In this document: one piece after another, positions 1 through 10,100 of the stretch | How the letters are laid out: each line of letters starts with the position of its first letter | Numbering within the stretch: position 1 is the first letter of the stretch | Assembly: GCA_002773985.1 (NCBI GenBank) | Contig: PEZW01000018.1 | Location: 34,240 to 98,239 of the forward strand | DNA: 64,000 nucleotides | Reading direction: 5' to 3' | DNA from: Candidatus Berkelbacteria bacterium CG10_big_fil_rev_8_21_14_0_10_43_13 | Lineage (GTDB): Bacteria > Patescibacteriota > UBA1384 > XYA2-FULL-43-10 > 1-14-0-10-43-13 | Notes under the pieces: model-generated | The model's database searches: none | Seen by the model: only the letters and a program-made list of their open reading frames with translations | Told to the model about the DNA's origin: nothing | Program-made: the position numbers and the translations under genes

Positions 1-447
1 CGAGTCTATCCCGTTGGTCGTCTTGACAAAGACACGGTTGGATTAATTATCCTGACCAACGACGGTGAGCTGACCAAAGAGCTAACTCACCCCAGTTTTG
101 AGCATCAGAAAGAGTACCTAGTTGAATGTAGAATATTGAATCCTAAATCATGGAGAGAGAGGGATATTGTTAGTAGTGTGAAACAAAAACTAACTTCTGG
201 ACTTAAGATTGATGGCAAAGTAATGAAGGTAGATAGAGTTAAAACTGCCGAAATTCAAAATTCAAAATTCATTATTCTAACCTTAGTTCTCCACACCGGA
301 TACAATCGACAGGTTCGGAAAATGTGTGCTAAAATTGGACTAGAGGTAAAAAGATTAACTCGAATTGGTATCAGTAAACTTCACCTCGACGAGTTGCAGT
401 TGAAGCCAGGCGAATTCAAAAAGATTTCTAAGGAGGATGTTTTTTAA
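1..447 (+). CDS. rRNA pseudouridine synthase, RsuA/RluB family (5'-truncated by window)
   Basis: Frame open from base 1: RVYPVGRLDKDTVGLIILTNDGEL (catalytic GRLD motif), later GYNRQVRKM and LKPGEF. Confidence 0.93.
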   Translation, partial: RVYPVGRLDKDTVGLIILTNDGELTKELTHPSFEHQKEYLVECRILNPKSWRERDIVSSVKQKLTSGLKIDGKVMKVDRVKTAEIQNSKFIILTLVLHTGYNRQVRKMCAKIGLEVKRLTRIGISKLHLDELQLKPGEFKKISKEDVF

Positions 448-1427
448 TGTTTAATCTGTTTCTGCTCTTTTCAATAGCTTTTAATACGCTCGGTTTATCC
501 GGCGCTGCTATAAAAGTTGATTCTGGCCTCATCTCCAGGTCCGCTGGCGACGCCTCAGTCGCAAACGCAGAAACTCTCAAGGTTGAACTACCTGATATTT
601 TGTCATATCCGACTGTAAATCAAGACGCTACAAAGCCAAAAATTTATGCTAAAAATTATATCCTTCTCGACAGTGATTCCGGCGCAATTTTAGCCTCACA
701 AAAACCATACGAGCGTGTTCCTGTCGCGTCCACTACCAAGATAATGACAGCTATAGTTGTACTTGAAAATTACAGCCTTGATGACGTGGCGACCGTCCAT
801 CAAGACGCGGTCACCGCTGTGTCAAACAGCGGTGCTATTCCCGATTTCTACACTGGAGAAAAGATGACCGTTCGCAATTTACTCTGGTGCATGCTGATGA
901 ATTCATCAAATGTTGCTGCTTACGCTCTGGCAGAACATATGAATTCAAAAAATGAAACAGGGCCTCAGAAATTTCTTACTTTGATGAATCAGCGAGCCAG
1001 AGACCTGGGTCTCAAAGATTCAGACTTTCGTGATCCTGCCGGACTTGACGGAAAGGGCTATTCTACGGCCTTTGACCTTACTGTTATAACCAAACAAGCA
1101 CTGAAAAGCTCTCTGTTTGCTCAGATTGTGAGAACGAAACAATCAACAGTTTATGATACTAGCGGGCGGTATATTCACCAGCTCAATAATTCAAATCGTC
1201 TTGTCAATGAGTGGAATTATCCGGGCGCGATCGGCGTCAAAACCGGTTATATGCCTGACACAGCTGAGCAACCCGGTGCCGGACACACCCTTGTTGCCGC
1301 AGTCGAGAGAAATGGTCATACTTTGATTTCAGTTATTCTAAACACTACCGCTGACACTCCGACAGCGTCAGCCGAAGAATCCCGCCGCCTTCAGGATTGG
1401 GGCTGGATGAGTGTTAGTTGGCAATAA
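447..1427 (+). CDS. D-alanyl-D-alanine carboxypeptidase (peptidase S11)
   Basis: Signal-like N-terminus; SxxK (ASTTK), SxN (SSN) and KTG motifs. Confidence 0.92.
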   Translation: MFNLFLLFSIAFNTLGLSGAAIKVDSGLISRSAGDASVANAETLKVELPDILSYPTVNQDATKPKIYAKNYILLDSDSGAILASQKPYERVPVASTTKIMTAIVVLENYSLDDVATVHQDAVTAVSNSGAIPDFYTGEKMTVRNLLWCMLMNSSNVAAYALAEHMNSKNETGPQKFLTLMNQRARDLGLKDSDFRDPAGLDGKGYSTAFDLTVITKQALKSSLFAQIVRTKQSTVYDTSGRYIHQLNNSNRLVNEWNYPGAIGVKTGYMPDTAEQPGAGHTLVAAVERNGHTLISVILNTTADTPTASAEESRRLQDWGWMSVSWQ

Positions 1428-1502
1428 TTCAATAGTATTTAGTATAAAGTTATTAGTATGGATACAAAATACCTATAACCTCATACTTTATATTTCATAC
1501 TT

Positions 1503-2198
1503 CTAAAGCGCTGTCTTGATCTCTTCCCACTTTTCGAGTGCTTTTTGTGCGGCGTCTGATTGAGCTTTTTGCTTTGATGGACCAGCGCCTATCGCCACTT
1601 CTTTACCGCCTAGATTAGCAGCAACCGTAAATGTTTTGGAGTGGTCTGGACCAACTTCGGAAACAACAGTATATGTCGGTGTCACGCCTATCTCGTCCTG
1701 AACCAGTTCCTGAAATCGACTCTTCGAATCGTATTCCAAGCCTTCGTTCAAAATTGCATCAAGTTTGTAACAGATGTTTTTCAAAATAAATTTTGTAGCT
1801 GTTTCAAAACCTTGGTCTAGATATATAGCCCCGATCAAAGCCTCAAATGCGTTAGCCAAAATAATATCTCGTGCCTTGCCAGTGTTTTTGGCTTCACCTC
1901 GAGAAGTTTTGATATAAGGATTCATCCCCAGACGCTTGGCTTCGACGGACAATGATTCTCCTTTGACCAGCGCGCTGCGCCAATTTGTCAAATCGCCCTC
2001 AGGTCGATCATATTTTTCATAAAGAAACTTTGTCGTGGCCAATTCCAAAACAGCATCACCCAAAAATTCTAACCGTTCATTGTGCTCAAGACCTGATGAT
2101 TTATGTTCATTGAGATAAGATCTGTGGATAAACACTCGCTCTAGGAGTGCTTTATCCTCAAATTTAACCTCAATAATCTTTTCAAAATCTTCTAACAT
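1503..2198 (-). CDS. rnc: Ribonuclease III
   Basis: NERLEFLGDAVL signature plus C-terminal dsRBD (GPDHSKTF). Confidence 0.97.
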   Translation of the reverse strand: MLEDFEKIIEVKFEDKALLERVFIHRSYLNEHKSSGLEHNERLEFLGDAVLELATTKFLYEKYDRPEGDLTNWRSALVKGESLSVEAKRLGMNPYIKTSRGEAKNTGKARDIILANAFEALIGAIYLDQGFETATKFILKNICYKLDAILNEGLEYDSKSRFQELVQDEIGVTPTYTVVSEVGPDHSKTFTVAANLGGKEVAIGAGPSKQKAQSDAAQKALEKWEEIKTAL

Positions 2199-2257
2199 AT
2201 ATTCCTTTCATTACCAACTGTCGTCTCGATCCAAGGGGTCGAAATGACAATTTGCAA

Positions 2258-2692
2258 TTAGCTATCTTTATCTCTTGATTTTAGTATTTGCTTTTCGCTT
2301 TGCTTATAAATCGTTCCCAAAACACCATTGACGAACTTAGATGAATTTTCACCACCAAACTCTTTGGATAATTCGACTGCCTCGTTTATAACAACTTTTG
2401 GTGGAACATCGTTGCAATTTTTCAGTTCATAAATGGCGATTTGTAAAATCACCTTGTCTATCAGAGAAATTTGGTCAACTGGCCAATCAGGCGCGACTTT
2501 ATCGATTACACCATCGAGAGCTTCTCGATCTTTTGAAACACCTTCTGTAACCATGCGAATAAAATCGCTTTCACATCGATCCGAGTACTCAGCCACGTTT
2601 CGAGCTTCAATTTCTGCCAAATCAACACCATCACGAAATTCCCATTCGTAGAGAGTTTGCATCGCAATCATACGTGAAAGGTGACGATTCAA
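2258..2692 (-). CDS. nusB: Transcription antitermination factor NusB
   Basis: [35 protein letters not shown]; TTG start at 2692 follows GGAGG. Confidence 0.95.
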   Translation of the reverse strand: MNRHLSRMIAMQTLYEWEFRDGVDLAEIEARNVAEYSDRCESDFIRMVTEGVSKDREALDGVIDKVAPDWPVDQISLIDKVILQIAIYELKNCNDVPPKVVINEAVELSKEFGGENSSKFVNGVLGTIYKQSEKQILKSRDKDS

Positions 2693-2843
2693 ATTTGCCT
2701 CCGCAAATAATAACCAATTACCAAGAAACAAGTTACAAACAGTATCCAAGCTTCAATTTTTGAATATTCAAATTTGAATATTGTAATTTATTTGGTGATT
2801 GCTTACCCCTCGTAGCCCAATAGGGCGAGGTGGGGTATCTTGG

Positions 2844-3023
2844 TTATTGTTTCTTTTCGATTACTTGTTTGCCGTTATAGGTACCACAATTATAGCAAAC
2901 TTTGTGCATTTCCTTGGGCTCGTGACATTTTTCACAATAAGCCAATGCCGGTGCTATGACTTTGTCATGCATCCGTCTCATGCCCTGTTTTGAATTGTTT
3001 GTACGTTGTTTTGGTTCGGCCAT
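2844..3023 (-). CDS. rpmF: 50S ribosomal protein L32 (59 aa, absent from ORF track)
   Basis: Hand translation MAEPKQRTNNSKQGMRRMH...CEKC...HKVCYNCGTYNGKQVI; zinc-ribbon L32 next to nusB/rnc. Confidence 0.95.
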   Translation of the reverse strand: MAEPKQRTNNSKQGMRRMHDKVIAPALAYCEKCHEPKEMHKVCYNCGTYNGKQVIEKKQ

Positions 3024-3122
3024 GGTAAGTTATAAGTTAATATATTGTAGACAGTAAGATATAATATTGCTGAGCAAATTACAGATTCTATTATTGCACA
3101 AAACTGTTTAAAAATCAACCTG

Positions 3123-5753
3123 CTACTTAATAACAATGTTTACTAATTTCTTCGGTACAACGATTGTTTTGACAATTTCATTCCCAGCAAGTATTTTCTT
3201 GATTTTTTCAGTTCCAAGTCCTAGCTTTTTCATTTCCTCGTCTGAAATAGCTGAATCAACCGAAATTTTATCACGAACTTTTCCATTGACCTGAATAACT
3301 ACTTCAATTTTGTCGAATATGAGATATTTTTTGTCTGGCTCAGGCCATTTTTGCATAGTTAAATCGCTGTGTATTACACTTTCATACAATTCCTCGGCAA
3401 TGTGCGGCGCAACGGGAGAGAGTAAAAGTATGAACTTTTCATAAGACTTTGTGGAAATTGAGCCTATCTTTTCAACTAAATTATTGAACTCCATCAATTT
3501 CGAGACCACCGTATTCATCTGAAAATTTTCTAGATCATTGGTCACGCCAGTAATCGTTTGGTTCAATTTGACCAGCAACTCTGTCGGATCAACTACGTTT
3601 TCTTTAACCAGTTCCTGATTTCGCCAGACACGCTTCAAAAAACGATAGACGCCCTGAACCCCAGCCATATTCCAGGCCGATTCCTGATCGTATGGACCGA
3701 TAAACATAACATAAGCGCGCAAAGTATCAGCACCAAATTCAGCGACAATCTCATCAGGATTTATCACGTTACCAAAAGACTTACTCATCTTGCGCCCATT
3801 AGGACCAAGGATGATACCGTGGGCGATTCTCTTGGCATAAGGCTCTAAAGTTGGTACGACGCCAATATCATAGAGAAATTTATGCCAAAAACGTGAATAG
3901 AGCAAGTGCAGTGTCGTGTGTTCCATCCCACCATTATAGATATCAACCCCACCTCCGCTCTTCGAGCTACGCGCGGCATCGCCGGCGTCCAGCCAATATT
4001 CCAACTCTTTGGCATGTTTGGTAAAGATATTCGAACCACTTTTAACTTTTGACTTTAAACTTTTAACTAATGTGTAAGCCAAGTAGTACCAACTCGAGCC
4101 CGCCCAGTTTGGCATGGTGTCCGTTTCTCTCTCGGCCCTGCCACCGCATTTCGGACAAGTCGTCACGACCCAATCTGTGATTTTGGCAAGAGGGGATTCA
4201 CCGGTATCTGATGGTTCATAATTGTCGACAACCGGCAATTCCAGTGGCAGTTGATCATCGGGCAGAGGAACACGACCGCATCCGCCAGTTGGCGGATCAC
4301 AATGAACGATCGGGATTGGCTCGCCCCAGTAATGCTGGCGGGAAAAAATCCAGTCGCGAAGTTTGTAGTTTGTAGTAAATTCACCGGCACCGATACTTTT
4401 TAACTTTTCAGTAATTTTGATCTTGGCTTCATCTGATGACAGTCCGTCAAATTCACCCGAATTAATTAAGATTCCATAGTCAACAATCGCTTTGTCTAAA
4501 ATTTCTGATTTATGATTCAAAATTGAAACGACTTGTTTGATCGGGATATGGTGTTTCTTGGCAAATTCATAATCGCGTTGATCGTGAGCCGGGACACCGA
4601 TGACAGCACCAGTCCCATAGCTGGTCAGGACATAATCAGCGACCCAAATCTCAATATGTTCACCATTGATCGGGTTGACGGCATAAACGCCATAGCATTT
4701 GACACCGGTTTTATCTTTTTGTAATTCAGTTCGCTCTAGTTCTGTTTTTTTCGCCGCCACTTCGACATATTCCTTGATCTCATGATAGTTTTGAATATGA
4801 TAGCCAAGTTTTTCTAAAATCGGGTGCTCTGGTGAAACAACGACAAAAGTTGTGCCAAAAAAGGTATCAATTCGAGTTGTATAAAATTCGATTTCTTCGT
4901 CGTGAACGGTATTACTAAAACCCTTGACCTCAAATCGAACATTAGTACCGGTCGAGCGACCGATCCAATTGATCTGTTGAGTTTTGATTTTATCCAAGTA
5001 ATCAACAGTTTCAAGGTCATCAACCAAGCGGTCAGCATAAGCGGTAATTCGAAGCATCCACTGTTTTTGCATTCTCTTCTCAGTTTCCGTGCCACAACGC
5101 TCGCATTTACCGTCAACAACTTCTTCATTGGCCAGATTTATCTTGCATGATGGACACCAATTGACCGGCATCTCAGCGCGAAAGGCAAGCCTAGGAGTAT
5201 GGTAATCATCATCGGCAACTTCGATTAATTTTCCATTTTTAATTCCATGTTTGTAAAATTGCAAGAAAATCCACTGAGTCCAGTGATAATATTCTGGATC
5301 AGTCGTGTTTATCTCACGCTTCCAATCAAATGAAAAACCAAGCGAGTGGATTTGCTTCTTGAAATTTGCAATATTATCAGCTGTCGCTTTTTGCGGTTTT
5401 ATTTTATTTTTTATAGCATAATTTTCTGTTGGCAGACCAAAAGCGTCCCAGCCGATCGGAAACATGACATTGTATCCCTGAAGCCGTTTCATCCTACAAT
5501 AAGCGTCAGAGGCGCCATAACCCATCAAGTGACCGACATGCAGCCCCGCCCCGGATGGATAGGGAAATTCAACCAAATGATAATGCTTGGGTTTATCGTC
5601 AAAATCAGCAGACTGACCGTATTTGTTTTTTTGCCAAATGTCTTGCCATTTTTTTTCGATGACACGAAAATCATACTCCTGCTTGTCGTCCGTAGCCTTG
5701 GCGGAGGAGGGCCACTTTTTCTCAATTTCGTGAAAATTGTATTTGTCTGTCAC
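3123..5753 (-). CDS. leuS: Leucine--tRNA ligase (duplicated N-terminus, several small in-frame insertions)
   Basis: FPYPSGAGLHVGH, KMSKS, WIFSRQHYWGEPIP. Confidence 0.97.
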   Translation of the reverse strand: MTDKYNFHEIEKKWPSSAKATDDKQEYDFRVIEKKWQDIWQKNKYGQSADFDDKPKHYHLVEFPYPSGAGLHVGHLMGYGASDAYCRMKRLQGYNVMFPIGWDAFGLPTENYAIKNKIKPQKATADNIANFKKQIHSLGFSFDWKREINTTDPEYYHWTQWIFLQFYKHGIKNGKLIEVADDDYHTPRLAFRAEMPVNWCPSCKINLANEEVVDGKCERCGTETEKRMQKQWMLRITAYADRLVDDLETVDYLDKIKTQQINWIGRSTGTNVRFEVKGFSNTVHDEEIEFYTTRIDTFFGTTFVVVSPEHPILEKLGYHIQNYHEIKEYVEVAAKKTELERTELQKDKTGVKCYGVYAVNPINGEHIEIWVADYVLTSYGTGAVIGVPAHDQRDYEFAKKHHIPIKQVVSILNHKSEILDKAIVDYGILINSGEFDGLSSDEAKIKITEKLKSIGAGEFTTNYKLRDWIFSRQHYWGEPIPIVHCDPPTGGCGRVPLPDDQLPLELPVVDNYEPSDTGESPLAKITDWVVTTCPKCGGRAERETDTMPNWAGSSWYYLAYTLVKSLKSKVKSGSNIFTKHAKELEYWLDAGDAARSSKSGGGVDIYNGGMEHTTLHLLYSRFWHKFLYDIGVVPTLEPYAKRIAHGIILGPNGRKMSKSFGNVINPDEIVAEFGADTLRAYVMFIGPYDQESAWNMAGVQGVYRFLKRVWRNQELVKENVVDPTELLVKLNQTITGVTNDLENFQMNTVVSKLMEFNNLVEKIGSISTKSYEKFILLLSPVAPHIAEELYESVIHSDLTMQKWPEPDKKYLIFDKIEVVIQVNGKVRDKISVDSAISDEEMKKLGLGTEKIKKILAGNEIVKTIVVPKKLVNIVIK

Positions 5754-6046
5754 TTTATAAACTTTCCAACTTTATGAACTTTATGAACTAATCTAGTAAT
5801 AATTTATCACTTATTCAGTGCAAATTCAATTAAAAAAACGGCTTACACCGTTTAATTTTGGTGGTGTGTTTTAAATGAAGCTCGAACTTTTTTCGAACAA
5901 AATATTAAATAAATATTTTGGTTCCAATTTTGTAATGACCCGCTCGCGCTTCGCTCCCTAAATGTTGCAATGCGGTTCGGGCAAAAAGGAAGGGGTGTAG
6001 GGAGGGAATTTTTGCCCGATAACAGGTGGGGCGAGGGGGAGAAAAA

Positions 6047-7063
6047 TTAGTGACTTATCGGCAATTGCGGAAGTTCCTTTGCTTCGGCAATCATGCTGTT
6101 TCCAGTGATTATTTTACCTATTTCCATTCTAACAGTTTGTACATTATTGTGAATAGTGCAGTATATTTTATATCTATCCATCCAATTCTTATTATGATCT
6201 TTGATTTCCAAAAGCATCAAATTATATGCATCCTCTGCCTTACTCATTGCGTCTGACATATGAATTCTGAACTCACCTGTTTGCATATATTTTAGAATAG
6301 CTTTACCCTTTTCTTCTAACTTGTCTTTGGTCAGTTTTAATTTGTGCATTTCTAAAAGCGCGTTTCTAAGTAAAAAGGCAATATCAAGTAGGCCCATGGG
6401 GTCAATAATGATGATATCGTCTTCAATGAAAAATTTTGACTTTCCTTCTTTAATAGCATGAGTTACGATCACGGCATAATTCGCTTTTGCTTCTTCCTGA
6501 TGCCTTTTTACCTCATTGATAAATGAATTTTGATATGTCGCAGTCTTCTTGCATTCATACAAAATGCTACCAATATTCTCACCGTTATTTTTGATATATT
6601 GGATCGCATCACCTTTTTTTCCCGTTGGCCTAATCTCATCCTCAGGAAAGTTTTCCGTCAATAATTTAATAACTTCTTTTTCATAATCAAAACCAGCTGT
6701 TTGTGGAGTTCGTCCCTCTTTGAGTTGTTTCTCAAGAAGTGCGATTTTACCATTCGATACTTGTATTGCTTTCGCTTGGTTTTCGATTAATTTGCTCATC
6801 TTTTCTCTTTCGCGTTTTTCCTTTTCGACTCCTTGTTTAACACCGGATTCAAGCGCGAGTTTAGACATCTTTTTTAAATCGATTTTGTGCTTAGATTCCA
6901 AATCTAACTTTTCTTTTTTAGCTTTTTCAAGCTGTTTTTGGTTTTCCTTAATTTGTTTTTGCTGATCTTCCCACTGACCAACTATGGAAATCCATTTTTC
7001 CTTTGTCAAAATACTTTTGCACAAAGGACATAAAAAATCATTTTGCTGTTCGATGTTACTCAT
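6047..7063 (-). CDS. DUF2130-like coiled-coil protein with putative PD-(D/E)xK domain
   Basis: N-terminal CPLC, long coiled coil, then GD...GSILYECKKT motif. Confidence 0.65.
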   Translation of the reverse strand: MSNIEQQNDFLCPLCKSILTKEKWISIVGQWEDQQKQIKENQKQLEKAKKEKLDLESKHKIDLKKMSKLALESGVKQGVEKEKREREKMSKLIENQAKAIQVSNGKIALLEKQLKEGRTPQTAGFDYEKEVIKLLTENFPEDEIRPTGKKGDAIQYIKNNGENIGSILYECKKTATYQNSFINEVKRHQEEAKANYAVIVTHAIKEGKSKFFIEDDIIIIDPMGLLDIAFLLRNALLEMHKLKLTKDKLEEKGKAILKYMQTGEFRIHMSDAMSKAEDAYNLMLLEIKDHNKNWMDRYKIYCTIHNNVQTVRMEIGKIITGNSMIAEAKELPQLPISH

Positions 7064-7105
7064 AGTTTCCTCAATTCATTATTTAAGACCGTCCCTGTGC
7101 TTAAT

Positions 7106-7279
7106 CTAGTTTTTGGTTTTATCGACCAAAACATATACCTGACCTGCCTTTGGAGTGGGTGGAAGCGGCTCGCCCGTTACTACGGTGCGTTCCTTTCCGG
7201 TTTCTCCCCCTCTCGGACCAATAATTTCGTATTGGCCAGAGCGGGTGGCAGTTTGGCCGGGTTTGAAAGTCTGTTTCAT
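7106..7279 (-). CDS. Small YjzC-like protein (57 aa, absent from ORF track)
   Basis: GGAGG then ATG; MKQTFKPGQTATRSGQYEIIGPRGGETGKERTVVTGEPLPPTPKAGQVYVLVDKTKN has the FKPGQ.A..SG.Y / LPPT pattern. Confidence 0.8.
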   Translation of the reverse strand: MKQTFKPGQTATRSGQYEIIGPRGGETGKERTVVTGEPLPPTPKAGQVYVLVDKTKN

Positions 7280-7394
7280 GAGACCTCCAGTTTATTAATT
7301 AGGCAAGTTCGACATTCTTACCTGCTGATTTGCAGCCAGTCGTCATCTGCTCGCAGAGGTAAACAGGGGCGGTCTTACTAATTGTCAGGCCACT

Positions 7395-7446
7395 TGACAC
7401 TTTCCAAACGTTTTCGATATACTTAAAATGTAATCGAAAATAAATC
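7395..7446 (+). promoter_or_regulatory. Sigma70-type promoter of lexA-MTase overlapped by an inverted repeat (putative operator)
   Basis: TTGACA and TATACT boxes; ttttcgat...atcgaaaa dyad plus a further atcgaaa half-site. Confidence 0.5.
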
Positions 7447-7467
7447 GAAAGTCAAGAGGACAATCAA

Positions 7468-9012
7468 ATGCTCACCAAAAGACAAAAACAAACACTTGAG
7501 TTTATCAAGTCATACATCAAAAAAAATGATTTTGCTCCCTCCCTCGAAGAAATAAAAGCCCATTTAAAACTCTCGTCGGTCTCCACCGCACATCATCATG
7601 TTAAGGCTCTTGAAGATCAAGGCTATTTAAGAAAAGAAGATAATGTAGCTCGTGCCATTGATGTAGCTGAACCAGAACAAATGATTCAGATCCCAATAAT
7701 GGGTCTTATCGCGGCTGGTTTCCCTATCGAAGCTATTGAACAGCGAGAAACCATAGCAATACCAAAAACAAAATTACCAAAATCAGGTCAATTTTATGCA
7801 CTAAAAGTAGCTGGCAATAGTATGGTGGAAGAGAACATCAACGATGGAGACATCGTTGTAATAAAACAACAGGATCAGGTTGAAAATGGACAAAAAGCAG
7901 TCGCCTTGATAGACAATTCTGAGGTTACACTTAAAAAAATATATAAAGAGAAGTCATGTATTAGACTACAACCAGCAAACCATTTGGTGAAACCAATGTA
8001 TTATAATGCTGAAAGGGTTGCCATTCAAGGAATCTTGATTGATGTTGTTAGAAATACGCAAGAAGACTTTTCTGTTAATATTGATCTTAATAACACTTTA
8101 AACAATTCAGAATATATCCAACCGAATGCTATTATATGTGGGGATGCTTTGGATATGTTAAAAAAAATAAAACCAAACTCAATTGATTTAGTGCTTTCGG
8201 ATATACCTTATGGAATTTCACTAGATGAGTGGGATGTTCTTCATTCAAATACAAACTCGGCACTCTTAGGCCAATCTCCTGCCCAGATTGGAAAAAAAGC
8301 TTTTAAGAGGCGTGGCAAACCAATCAATGGGTGGTCAAGCGCTGACAAAAATATACCTCTTGAATACCAGCAGTGGTGCTACTCTTGGGGAAAAAAATTA
8401 TTTCCACTTGTTAAGGAGGGTGGTAGTGTTTTTATTTTTGGTGCTAGACGTACAATACATCGAGCTGTTATTGCACTAGAAGATAGCGGTTTTTTGGTAA
8501 GAGACGTACTGGCGTGGGAAAAACCAAACGCTCATCACCGAGCACAAAGTTTGAGTAAAATTTTTTATAACAGAGGATTATACGATGTCGGTGAAAAATG
8601 GGAAGGATGGAAACTAGGCAATTTAGCTCCGAAATATGAACCCATAGCCTGGCTTTTCAAACCATACAAGATTACAATTGCCGACAATGTGTTGAAAAAT
8701 AAACTTGGTGCTATGAATATTGAAGCATGTTTGATAGGTGGGAAATCCCCAACTAATATTTTAAGATATGGTTTCGATAAAAATGAGTCAGGGTTTCACG
8801 AGGCTCAGAAACCAGTGAAGCTATTAGAATACTTGATTAAACTCGTTACAATTAAAGGCCAAACTGTGCTGGATCCATTTATTGGCTCCGGGTCAACCCT
8901 AGTTGCAGCAAAACGATTAGACAGAAAATATATCGGCTTCGATAAATCAGATGAGTACTGTAAAATATCCAATCAACGAATAGATGAAGACAATCATGAT
9001 CCAGAGGTTTAA
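7468..9012 (+). CDS. LexA repressor fused to M.HindIII-like amino-DNA methyltransferase (beta class)
   Basis: Residues 1-195: LexA HTH, AAG cleavage site, GNSM and TLKK. C-terminal half: DIPY, HSNTNSAL, FKRRGKPINGWS, QKP, DPFIGSGST. Confidence 0.9.
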   Translation: MLTKRQKQTLEFIKSYIKKNDFAPSLEEIKAHLKLSSVSTAHHHVKALEDQGYLRKEDNVARAIDVAEPEQMIQIPIMGLIAAGFPIEAIEQRETIAIPKTKLPKSGQFYALKVAGNSMVEENINDGDIVVIKQQDQVENGQKAVALIDNSEVTLKKIYKEKSCIRLQPANHLVKPMYYNAERVAIQGILIDVVRNTQEDFSVNIDLNNTLNNSEYIQPNAIICGDALDMLKKIKPNSIDLVLSDIPYGISLDEWDVLHSNTNSALLGQSPAQIGKKAFKRRGKPINGWSSADKNIPLEYQQWCYSWGKKLFPLVKEGGSVFIFGARRTIHRAVIALEDSGFLVRDVLAWEKPNAHHRAQSLSKIFYNRGLYDVGEKWEGWKLGNLAPKYEPIAWLFKPYKITIADNVLKNKLGAMNIEACLIGGKSPTNILRYGFDKNESGFHEAQKPVKLLEYLIKLVTIKGQTVLDPFIGSGSTLVAAKRLDRKYIGFDKSDEYCKISNQRIDEDNHDPEV

Positions 9013-9022
9013 ATTGAAAATT

Positions 9023-9877
9023 TTATTTTAGTCCAGATATTTTTCTAATCTGAATTAGGCGATTATCAAGCTTCTCTGCCTTAATAAGTAACTCAATTGC
9101 TTTTTCTTTAGTTAGTGATGAAATTTCAGAAATTTTATTCTCGATATAAGCTATCTCTTCTTTCGCCATTCTTGTTAGCGCCACCTGCTCAACTTTTTTA
9201 AATCTACATAATTCTTTATTCGAAATCGAGAGAATTTTACAGATGGAGCTATCAATGGCTTTCCAATATAAGCTAGCATCTTTCTCCCCTTTGAGCTTTT
9301 CTCCTGATAGCCACAATCCCTTGTAGTCTAAGTTACCGCAATTGGGGCTAGACAATATGCAATATAAATGAATATATGAAAACAAAGTAACATTTTTTGC
9401 TGTTGCTTGTCTGTATATTTGACTACTATTTTTTGGGTACTGATACAGCGGCGATACAAGGCAAGCAAAGTCTTTATCTTTTTTCCATTTATCCAATGCT
9501 TCTACTTTAAAATCTTTTTGATTCTTTGCGGTTCTGCTTAATCTAAATAATTTAGCATCAGCGACTATTGTATAGTTTTTTGTTTCACCCTCAACATCTG
9601 CAGAGTCTGCTCTTTCTTTCAAGACTTTTGCGTTTAAACCCATAAATGAAAGCGCCCTCGCTAATAAAACATCAGAATACTTGGAGTATATTTTTTCCTC
9701 AGTCGAATCGTGTGAAAATGACTCAGGAATAATACCGCACTCAAGAAGATGAAGCATAACTTCTTCTTTGGTAAACTTCTCGACTATTGAGATTATCCTT
9801 TCACTATACTCAGTAAAAGAAAGTGGCTCATCAGAAATTTTAGAAATAAAATTTATAATTTCAATTCTTTTCATCAA
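9023..9877 (-). CDS. Type II restriction endonuclease, HindIII family
   Basis: HDSTEEKIYSK..D, ER.DSADV, ADAK.FRLSRTAKNQKDFKV; convergent with the cognate MTase. Confidence 0.88.
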   Translation of the reverse strand: MMKRIEIINFISKISDEPLSFTEYSERIISIVEKFTKEEVMLHLLECGIIPESFSHDSTEEKIYSKYSDVLLARALSFMGLNAKVLKERADSADVEGETKNYTIVADAKLFRLSRTAKNQKDFKVEALDKWKKDKDFACLVSPLYQYPKNSSQIYRQATAKNVTLFSYIHLYCILSSPNCGNLDYKGLWLSGEKLKGEKDASLYWKAIDSSICKILSISNKELCRFKKVEQVALTRMAKEEIAYIENKISEISSLTKEKAIELLIKAEKLDNRLIQIRKISGLK

Positions 9878-10079
9878 AAAGATCCTTTATATTTAATTTA
9901 AGAGATTTAGAAATTTTTTCAATATTCTCCAAGGTTATATTCTTCTCCGCTCTCTCAATCATCCCGATGTAAGTCCGGTGAACACCAGCAAAACCGGCAA
10001 GCTGCTCTTGCGATAGACCTTTCTTCAATCTTTCTTCGCGAACTTTGTCGCCAAATTTTTTTAGAATTTCTTTTTTCAT
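9861..10079 (-). CDS. R-M controller (C) protein, XRE HTH
   Basis: LSQEQLA...HRTYIGMIERAEKNITL; overlaps the REase start. Confidence 0.88.
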   Translation of the reverse strand: MKKEILKKFGDKVREERLKKGLSQEQLAGFAGVHRTYIGMIERAEKNITLENIEKISKSLKLNIKDLFDEKN

Positions 10080-10100
10080 ACAGATTAAATATACAGATAT

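Noticed and set aside
7320-7362. Hammerhead ribozyme or c-di-GMP riboswitch in the YjzC-like leader
   Set aside because: Lacks the exact CUGAUGA/GAAA core and the GEMM consensus; kept only as an unclassified structure.
7043-7381. 112-aa plus-strand ORF
   Set aside because: Antisense shadow of the RBS-supported 57-aa YjzC-like gene.
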